Positions 39,994 through 48,707 of a stretch of DNA of 64,000 nt are shown one piece after another (the first letter of the stretch is position 1; each line of letters begins with the position of its first letter). The stretch spans positions 62,001 to 126,000 of the forward strand of contig JAMDHS010000030.1 of assembly GCA_029717555.1 (NCBI GenBank), written 5' to 3'. The notes under the pieces were generated by a model, which worked only from the letters and a program-made list of their open reading frames with translations, was not told the origin of the DNA and ran no database searches. Position numbers and translations under genes: made by a program. The DNA is from Peribolospora baueri. Lineage: Eukaryota.

Positions 39994-40789
39994 ACAGCCT
40001 GAGGTAGCCTCGATCTCTCCTTTCGTCCTCTCTCGTCATGTCGAGCGACATGTCCCACGCACACTCTCTCGCTCTCCGCTCTCCTTCCCTGTGCCACGCA
40101 CCAGCCCATCCTCCTTCAGCTCCGTCATCTTGACCCATCTCCCCATCACCTCGCCTTCCTCTGCCAAAGATAGTATTTTGCGGAAGAAAATAAAGAGCTC
40201 CGTTGTCCAAGTTTACTATGCCATGCCGTTTCATCCTTTGAAGCGTGTACTTGAGTCTGACCACAATCTGCGATGCGATGTCTTCATGACAAGAGGGAAA
40301 TTTGTGTTTCGTAGAGCACGTTCGCAGGCCCCACAGTCCACGGAACCAGTTGGGGTCGCTCACAATAACACGGAATAGCGACGCGACGCGACGTGACACA
40401 CCTCGAGAAAGACAACTTTGAATCGATTCTTCTTTCACCATCGCTTCCTCATCAACATGATGTAGCGAGACGAGTCCCGACTTACTGCAGCGCTGCTCCT
40501 TATCCCATGTCCTTCCTCGTTCTCTTTGCTCGTCGCAATGATCGAGGTCGTCGTTAAATGCCTCTTCGGCGTTCTTCGGGCTCTCTTTGACCGGGGCCTT
40601 GTCGGTGACTCCTGGAGCAAACTCGCTTCGAGCTGATCTCGCACGGGAACCAGGTCCTCCATGTTGCTTGGAAATCAAGGCAGCGGCGGACGGGACACCG
40701 CTCTGGATAGCTTTCGCGTGCTTCCTTCCAAGGAGGTGAGGAGAGGAAGGGGTTGTATTGGGTTTACGGGGCCGCGGGGACAAGTACAT
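39983..40789 (-). CDS. Hypothetical protein (268-aa ORF) converging on and overlapping the ATP1 3' end
   Basis: ATG-initiated ORF that fills the gap between the PDI-like gene and ATP1. No recognisable family. Confidence 0.35.
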   Translation of the reverse strand: MYLSPRPRKPNTTPSSPHLLGRKHAKAIQSGVPSAAALISKQHGGPGSRARSARSEFAPGVTDKAPVKESPKNAEEAFNDDLDHCDEQRERGRTWDKEQRCSKSGLVSLHHVDEEAMVKEESIQSCLSRGVSRRVASLFRVIVSDPNWFRGLWGLRTCSTKHKFPSCHEDIASQIVVRLKYTLQRMKRHGIVNLDNGALYFLPQNTIFGRGRRGDGEMGQDDGAEGGWAGAWHREGERRARECAWDMSLDMTREDERRDRGYLRLFRR

Positions 40790-41075
40790 CTTGTGTGATG
40801 TGACAAAATCTCAAGCTGCCTTGTCGACGGAATGCTTCACGATCAGGCCCCTGGCTTGGACAGACATGGGTAGGTAAATGCCATTCCATCCCTTCCCTCA
40901 AAGGCCTCTACGCACATGGACCGCACTGTTACATTCTGTAGATAGCGATGGTGGGGTCGTTGATGGTCTGTGTGGGGAACGATGGAATGTCCGTCGACGT
41001 TACCGACACGAGCGGGAATTTCAAGGAATGTAGTGCAAAAAAACCTTCCTCCCGGTGGACGCCGAGCCTGTGCGG

Positions 41076-42494
41076 TTACAGCTCATCTTTGACGCGCGAT
41101 GCTTTCGCCTTAGAAGCGAATGGTTTCAAGAAATCCGCAAGCGGCTGGTATTTTAGTCCGCCTGGTGAAAGGACAAGTCAAGTATAGGAGCGCTCACATC
41201 AATAAAGTACTGTCAAGGAGCCCAAGACGGGATCATCCCGTCCATGCCGGTCCACGTCGGCCACGTGCACTCACCCTTGTATCTCTTCGCGCGCTTCTCC
41301 GGAGCGCCCTCGCCAGGCTCGATGACAAACAAAATCGGCATCGCTTCACCCTTGACACCGAAGCGCTCCATGACTTCTGGCTCCTTGTCGCCACGAACCA
41401 GGCCAAAGGACATGTCGAGCCTAAAATCGAGGCTGAGAGCCTTGTAGAGGCCTGAGGCCGTGGGCTTGGTGGTGAAGAGAAGGACGTGACTGAGATTGGG
41501 TGACTGCAAAGCAAATGAAAAAAACGTGGCATTAAAAAACGTGGCATTAAAAAAAAGGTTAGTCCGTCGACTCATGGCCTCGGAAGAACAGTTGACGGAC
41601 TCCTTACCTTGTCTAGCCACTCGTCCACATCTGCCGCCTTGACCTTCTTGACAAAGCTTGGGATATTGTCGAGGGCGTACTCAGCGATCGCCTTTGCAGT
41701 GCGTGGGCCTTGATAGTCTACAAAAGGAGGCGGTAGTGGGCATGTGAGCAAGAAGACACATCAAAGGCTGGTGACCACGCAAGTGATGGTCGTTCTTCTT
41801 ACCCTTCGGCAGTCTTCGCTTGGTCGCGGGAAACAATTTTACTGTGGGGAAGCCTTTGACAAAAGCCAATAGCAGGGCACAAATCAGGACGGGTTTGCCT
41901 GGCGCATGCGCGCTTCATGTGCTACTAGCGACGAACAAGCTGATAACTCACCTTGGATGCCATATTTCCCGCACACAGGCTTGTTCTCATCAGCATCGCA
42001 GTCGATCGCTGAGATCTTCACGAGCCCTTCCAGACTCTTCGCCGCCTTTTCGTACTCAGGGACCAATCGTTGGCAGTGCTGTATTTGTCCGAAGTAGAGG
42101 AAAGGAAGATGTGGTCCAGGTGCTTAGTTTCCTCCGTATGTCTGCCTGCCGTTCCCGCTTCATAAGCTCTAACCTAGTCAACTCACCCCGCACCAGGGAG
42201 CGGTGAAGGCAACGAGCGCCGGTTTCTGATCATGCGTGCACAACGAGAAGAAACAATCTCAACACGCAGATCGCTCTGAAGAAAGTTAGGCGGTGGGGCT
42301 CGCAAAGGTTCACCCTAGCGTACCTCGATCTCGATAATCTCCTTGTCGAAGTTTCGGTGGTCCACGACCTTCACCGGACCATTAGGGTTGAAGAGACCTG
42401 CCTGAGCACCAGGGGCAAGAGCCACAAGGGATGCCAGGCTGAGGAGGAGGGCGATGAGGAGAGGTCGAAGTGCTGAAGAGGTAGACGACGCCAT
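41076..42494 (-). CDS. ER protein disulfide isomerase family protein (one catalytic Trx domain, Mpd1/PDIA6-like)
   Basis: Signal peptide MASSTSSALRPLLIALLLSLASLVALAPGAQA. APWCG|HC active site split by an intron, GFPTVKLF, DYQGPRTAKAI, a second Trx-like domain, and C-terminal KDEL* at 41076. Confidence 0.92.
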
Positions 42495-42732
42495 GACATG
42501 CCTTGGGAGCAGCTCAAGAAGAAGCCTCGCACGACCCGAGTGCCACGTCTATTCACCCCAACGGGACAGCCGCAGCACACGCCACGTGCAAATGACATCA
42601 GCATCGTTCGGCGCGAAGCCAGCAACTGCCAACGAGGGAGCGGAACAACTAGAAGCCACTTGAGCCATCCTCGTCTCATACATCCTTTCATCCTTTCACC
42701 TTGCTCCACATTCTTACGGCACTCCGCAACCG

Positions 42733-43465
42733 ATGTCATCCACCGAGGCGAAAGAAAAGGTCAAATCCTTCGTCAAGGTGAGCGCCGAGAAGAGGGCGAG
42801 GGAGACCTTCGACAACCTGCGCCTTGCCGGAGGGGCAGAGGGGGGGGGGACGGACAGGTCGAGGCGAGCTTGGGTTCTGACGCGCTGCGCCCCTTTTTTG
42901 ATTTGCATCTTCGTAGGAAGGTTTGGAGGCTGGAGTGACACGGGACTTTTATTTCGACAGGTGAGCGCGTCCCTGCCCCATCCATGGGACGCCCAGGCTG
43001 TTGCTCGCCTTGGGATGATGAGGCGAGCTTGGCGAGACTCCTATTAATCTCTCTCTTCGCTTTTCTCGTTGATGAATCTTCCATCCCCTCAGCGACCGAG
43101 GGTCTAGCGTCGCGGACCTGTGTCGACCATTGCCGGGAGGAGGACAGGCGTGTATCAAGGTTGGTGGGCTTTCCAATGCCGATGCCGAACCGGCGATCGA
43201 CCGCTGAAATTCATTCGTATCTTGGACGTTTTCTCTCCGCAATATGCTATTCGCCGTTTGTAGGTCGCCATGGAATGTGGGTACAACCTCTGTTACACTT
43301 TCTGTATGATTGTCTGTGTTTTGTGTCTCATGAGCGCCTCCGGGGTCCGTTGACCCTTCCCTAGCCAAGGCCCTCTTCGCGTACATGCAGCAACTCGGTT
43401 TCTTCTGCCAACTGCCCCAAGACCCGACGAAGACGCACATCAACTGCGAGAAGATCCCCTCATGA
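42733..43465 (+). CDS. Small 85-87 aa five-exon hypothetical protein
   Basis: Exons 42733-42777, 42917-42960, 43093-43147/9, 43264-43276/80 and 43365-43465 splice in frame: MSSTEAKEKVKSFVKEGLEAGVTRDFYFDSDRGSSVADLCRPLPGGGQ...KALFAYMQQLGFFCQLPQDPTKTHINCEKIPS*. Confidence 0.7.
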
Positions 43466-43695
43466 CGTCGTTTCTCGCAATGTGTCCGCGTTTTCTTCAT
43501 CCCGTACTCGGTTCTAAAGACGTCTGCAGAGAATAGGTCAACTAGCCAGTGTTGCGATACAAGCGAAATGGCACTGGCAGTCCACCTCGATTTCAAACGT
43601 GCGCGCGATAGAAGTAGGACCGGTTGACGCCCTGGTCCGGCAGTCACAGAACGGTACAGTCACGAAACGGTACAAGAGGCGGACGTGACAGAGGG

Positions 43696-44989
43696 CTAAG
43701 ATGCCGCTTGCGCCTCCCACCCCTTCGCCTCAGCCAGCATCTGTGCCTCCTTGACCATGCGATCGAGGCTGCGTTGTGTGCTGGCCGAGCGTTCGCTTAC
43801 GAAGTGAAGATCCATGGACGCGCTTTCCAGTTCTGCTCGTGCCGCTCGCAGCGCTCCAGAAAGGTTGGCATCATAGTCACGTTGCATGGAGAGGCGGTGA
43901 TTGCGATTGCGTTCGATCTAAAAAAAAAAAAAAAAAAAAAAAAACAAGGGTTGAAGGTGAGCCAGCCGAAAGAAACAAAGAAAAAGAACACGAGAAGAAG
44001 CCACGAGGCTCAAGACTGCAAAACGCCTGAATGCGGAAACAAGCTCGTGTGCGGGCGTCTCCGTCGACATGACCGCCGTCACTTGCGCGCACTGGCACGC
44101 CAACTCACCTCCGCATCCAGGTCAGGAGTCAAGCTGGCCCTCTTCTCTGCAACGACGATCAGGGCTGATCTTCCACCAGCCCTACCAGCGCCAGGTGAGA
44201 GCAATACTCCCCCGGAATGACCCCATCCTCCCGCTTTCGAGCCGCCGAGGCCGCTGCCGAACCCTGGACCTGGGTACCTCCCCGCAGACGGACCTGTCGG
44301 AACACCGGCTCGCGGGCCCGTCGGCGTCCCAGGAGAAATGCTAGCGGAAGAGGAAGGGCGAGAAGGTCTTGCACCGGTGAGGGAAGGCGAAGAGATCGGG
44401 GATGGACCGGTATATGTGCCCGGAGGACCGTATGAAGGGCGCGGAGGGATGGTGATCCCGGCTGGAGGCGCAGCGGAAGCTCGATTCGGCATCGGGCTTG
44501 AGTGGTTGCCTGCTGAGGAAGAGGGGCTTGGATCGGCTCCAGGTCCCGCAGGTGGGACCCGGGATGAGTAGGCTGGGCTCGGGGAGCTGAAAGAGGGACG
44601 ACTGCCGGGTGGAACTGGAGGTGGGCCCGGGGGTCGCGGAGGAAGAGGACCTCGCGGCGACGGTTGTGGCGGCGGTGAGCGGCGACGGTCTGAGAGTTGG
44701 AACGCAGGGACGCAAGTCAGAGCCGAGCCAAGCAAGAGACAAAAGGAGAAGACGGTTCGTCGTCGCTCGTCAGTCACCGTCAAGAGACCTGGGTGGCGGA
44801 AAGAAGCTTTTCGTTCTCACCACCGTACCACCGCCTACCGCCATCGTGCGGACTCCTTCTGCCGTCAGCGCCATCCGGGGTCATTGACCTTCGCCTCGCA
44901 TCTCGATCTCGATCTCGATCTCGTTCTCGGTTCCTGTCGTCGTCGTACCTCCTCCTCGAGTAGCTCTCGTCTCTCGGCCAATAACTCAT
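43696..44989 (-). CDS. RD/RS-rich, Pro/Gly-rich protein with C-terminal coiled coil, 3 exons
   Basis: MSYWPRDESYSRRRYDDDRNRERDRDRDRD..., PTGP repeats, then LTPDLDAE|IERNRNHRL...EAQAAS*. The last acceptor has a T25 tract. Confidence 0.7.
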
Positions 44990-45210
44990 TTGCGCGGTGT
45001 GATCGATGGCGAGAAGACGGGGATGGGCGCGTCGGTCGATTTATCAAATCGTGCTGCGGCGGCCAACAGTGGGCCAGATTAATTTACACGACCGCCTCCT
45101 TCTCGTCCTCCTCCGACCCCCGTGAGCGCCTTTGAGCGCGGGCGGATGGACGGGAGGACTATCTCGTAAAGGGTGGCCATGCCTGACCCGGTGTCTTTGT
45201 CGACACCTGA

Positions 45211-46369
45211 GCTGGACGGCCACTGATGTCCACGTTGGAGGGAGGGAGCCAGCCATGACCGTGGCGTTTTCTTATGACGCTCATTCGTGGCGCTAGGAGA
45301 AGGAGCGAGGCAAATCCAACTCGCACACAGACTTTGCTCGGTAGCTGGATCCTTATAGCCCCATAGGCGACCACATGAACGTGGTGGCATATGCTGAATG
45401 GCAGCATACCCCGCTTTCTCTCGCCGGCTTCCAGAGCGCGCCTGTCGTGGGCCTTTCAGTGGGTCAGTCACGTCGACACCTTTATATACCGCTCGACACC
45501 TTCATATACCGCGCTCTCCACAGCAAAGATCACCTCTCGCCTGTCAACCAGCCAGGCCTCGGGCCAAAGCAAAGCGTCGTGGGCCGCCGTCCCTCCCTTG
45601 CATGTCTGAAACGGAGGGCAGTTTCAGAACCCGCCCTTCCCGCACTCGCACTCGTCCTCGATGACCGCGGCCGTTGCGCTGACAGGCCCTATCCTTGTGA
45701 TTGGTTGGAGGCCCATCTCCAGAGTCGATAAGCGCCTATAGCGTAGCACCACGCCGAATAAAAAGGCCGGCTCCTCACGCTTGTAAAGTGACCTTACAAA
45801 CCCGACGTCTTTCCACAACCGCGCCTCGTTCGAAGGGGCGCCGCGAGCAGCTCCCGAGAACATGCCTCCCTTCTCGTTCTCTGATAGCCTCAAGCCGTGC
45901 GTGCCGGAACCCGTGTCGAGCTCTCGTAGAGCCGATTTACACTTGATGGAACAAGTCTTGTTGATCGTCATCGCTCTTTCCCATCCCCCACCCCGCCTTC
46001 AACTAGGCATGGTCGCGCTTTTTCTGGTGATGTCAGATTCGCGCACTCTTTCCCGCAGCGAGCGGCGGAGTCAAAGTCATCGGCCGAAAGCTTTCTGAAC
46101 GGCGGCGGAAGAGGTTGTAGGAGACTGCCTGCCTGTCTCATCTCCCGAGTGCCTCCCATATCCAGCGGGAGAGGAAGTAGACAATGCGGTTTCGACCTCG
46201 TCCACGACGGGACAGGGCGGGCGACCGGAGAGGCCACACTGGTATGCGCGGGAGGCAGCCGTCTCCTTTTAGGGTTTACTTCATCGTTCACTCTTGTCGG
46301 GTTCAAAGCGGAACGAGTGTCCTCGAGTCGCCGGACGAGCTCGGCGTGGAGAGGAGAGGGCCGTCCAAC
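45211..46369 (-). ncRNA. Candidate telomerase RNA / large structured ncRNA (ends approximate)
   Basis: No convincing ORF. Template-like UAAACCCUAAA at 46278-46268, a helix 5 nt upstream of it, nested long-range helices and a multibranch 3' arm. See findings. Confidence 0.45.
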
Positions 46370-46801
46370 AGCCTGAGCTTACCATCTCGACTAGTAAGGC
46401 CCATCGGGCGGCCACAGCCTTAAACAAGCGAGTCGTGCCTCGTGCGTTCTCATCCAAGCGCACCCCGGCCTTGCTCATATCTCTTTCTGCCACTCCATCA
46501 CCGGCCCTCGTAGAGCAGAGACGCCGCTTTGTCGAAGGCCTGCTCATTCCTGCTGAGCCCGCGCGTGCAGGGGTGGATTGTCAGCAGCAACCTGTAGCAC
46601 CTTCCGAAACTGGCCTCCCATCCCCCGCTCTCTCTTCCTTCTCGCTCCTGTCCGGCTGTCCGGCTCCTCCTCCTGTGAAGAAGAGCAGATCCCTGGGGTT
46701 GAGAGAGATGAGTCGCATATCGAATACCCATAGCCTTCACCTTGCAGCGCGCATATGATGTACAAAGGGGAAAGACCATAGACCAGTAAGGGACGAGCCG
46801 C

Positions 46802-47652
46802 TTAGTAGTTGCCCTCCACGGTCTGGAAGAAGAACTTGACCTCTTTGCCGGTCAAGCGGCGGTACACGGAGGAGAAGGAGTCGAGCTTGTACTCGAGCGA
46901 GGTGGCGTCCTTGGCGTCGAGGTAACTAATGGTGTAGGGCAGAGTGAAAAAAAGAAAAGGACATTCAATCAGTGAAACTGGGCGAATTGCGACGCCGTTC
47001 GCTCGTTCGCTCGCCGGGTCCGTTGCGGACGATACTCACACCTTGAGCAACTTGTGGCCATCGGTGTTGACGCGGGTGCGCTTGCCGGTGATGTCCGAAG
47101 GGTAGACGAGATCCTCGAGGATGGCATCGTGAACGGCGGTGAGGGTGCGCGAGCGCGGCCTCTGCTGCTTGACGCGGGAGTGACGGCCGGGCTTGCCAAG
47201 GATGCGGCGCTGGGCGACGAAGACGACGTGGCGGTCCGAGAACTTCTTCTCGAGCTCGCGGGTCAGCCTACAAAAAAGAGCGAAATGACGGGGAAAAAAA
47301 GGCGAGCGTTGAGTGTTGATGCTAACAATGCCGACCACTGCCTGCACACGACCGACCGGTCGACCGGTCGCCCGTCCTGGATCGCACCCCAGCGCCGCGT
47401 GCACACACACCTCTGCTGAATTTTGTGGAAAGCCTTGATCTGCGGGACGGGGACAAAGATGACGATCGCCTTCTTGCCACCCTTGACGTCGACTTCGCGA
47501 GCGGCAGAGATTTGGAGGGGTCGGAGCTCAGCCTTGAGCTCAGGGACGTTGTTCTCGAGGTCGACGAGAGCCTGGGCGACGGTCTGCTCGGTCTCCGAGG
47601 GAGCCGTCTTGGGCGCGTTGGCGCTCCGGTAAATCTTGTGCGAGGCAGACAT
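46802..47652 (-). CDS. RPS7: 40S ribosomal protein S7 (eS7), 3 exons
   Basis: [95 protein letters not shown]. Confidence 0.98.
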
Positions 47653-47792
47653 GACGGGGGATGAGAAGGACAAGCGCGAGGGCCTGAAGGAAAGGTTGAC
47701 GTCGAGCTTGAGGACGGGTGAGAGACGGCGAACTCCAGACTTTCGCTTCGCAGCGACGAAGTGAACGAACGCACAAGCAGCGGAAGGTCTGG

Positions 47793-47859
47793 CTAACCCT
47801 AACAAGAGCGGATCTTCGCACGCATCGACTGCGGTGATCAGGCAACTAGGGTTAGGGTT
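47793..47859. promoter_or_regulatory. Inverted pair of telomere-repeat boxes in the RPS7/U5 divergent promoter
   Basis: CTAACCCTAAC at 47793-47803 and CTAGGGTTAGGGTT at 47846-47859. Confidence 0.6.
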
Positions 47860-47981
47860 GGTAGAGATCCTGCACAGTACGGCAGTTCGGCGTTTCGGGG
47901 TTTTGCGTTGTCGCCGATGGCGAGACACGGATGCGTCTATAAGAAGGCCTTCGCCTGGCCGACCCGAAAAACTCTTTCCTC

Positions 47982-48104
47982 ATCACCCTCGAGCAGGTCG
48001 ACCCTCACAGCATGTCTCAAACGCCTTTTACTTTTGAGACCCAGGGCGGTCGGCCTACCAATGCTCGAGTGCTCCAATTTTTTGCCCCCTTCCTCTCCGA
48101 GGAA
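47982..48104 (+). ncRNA. U5: U5 spliceosomal snRNA
   Basis: 11-nt loop 1 CGCCUUUUACU (48022-48032, invariant GCCUUUUAC) closed by GUCUCAAA/UUUGAGAC. Lower stems GGUCGACC/GGUCGGCC and CUCGAGCA/UGCUCGAG with two internal loops. Sm site AAUUUUUUG at 48076-48084, 3' hairpin at 48090-48104, TATAAG at 47938. Ends approximate. Confidence 0.92.
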
Positions 48105-48707
48105 CTGTTTTGAGCCCGTCGCCCATCAGGGCGGCGGGCTTTTTTGCGTTCGGTGCATCTCTGCACTCGGTTTGCCTCGGTCGTGTGTCGCGACTCTCGC
48201 TTACCTGTATGACCTCTTCTCTGATGAATGATGAATGCGTTGAACATGTCGATGGCGGTCTTCGCGTAGCGAGGACCGCAGGTGATGCTTGCTGTCAGCG
48301 TCTCGCTCGTCACTAGTAACCGTCGTGCTTGCCGTTGTACCTCGTCGTAAAGCTCGTCGGATAGACACTGGCACGGCCATGATCGCCTTATCAACGGCCA
48401 GTGTTGGGGGACGGTGGCAACGACGACACGTTCTCTTCCAACACATCTAGACTTCCCCATTTATGCACTTATCCTCAAGGATGGGTACGCCGTCGCGTCA
48501 CCTAGCGTTGGCACGGCCGTCCTCTCTGGCAACTCCGTCCACCATCATTCCATTGTCTTCCGCTCATTAAGGGACAGCGAGCGCACGACCAGAGCGAAGT
48601 AGACGTAGCGTTGTTCGACGGTTAGGATGTCGGCAATGCAGTGGAAATGAAGTTGGGATGGTAGGGATTGAAATAAAAAGCATCGCAAAAATTATTCAAA
48701 AAGCAAC

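Noticed and set aside
45350..45460. GAAAGGCCC...ATGGGGCT as an RNase MRP/P P4 helix
   Set aside because: Pairing is imperfect and the two halves are too close together.
45938..45947. ATCAAGTGTA on the minus strand, resembling U2 snRNA
   Set aside because: The GUAGUA branch-pairing sequence is incomplete and the U2 5' stem is absent.
45624..46547. Protein-coding gene assembled from short minus-strand ORFs
   Set aside because: No consistent splice path or recognisable domain was found. A fast-evolving gene cannot be fully excluded.
48113..48145. Bacterial rho-independent or Pol III terminator
   Set aside because: The context is eukaryotic, and the T6 Sm site upstream would already stop Pol III. 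Kept only as a possible snRNA 3' signal.
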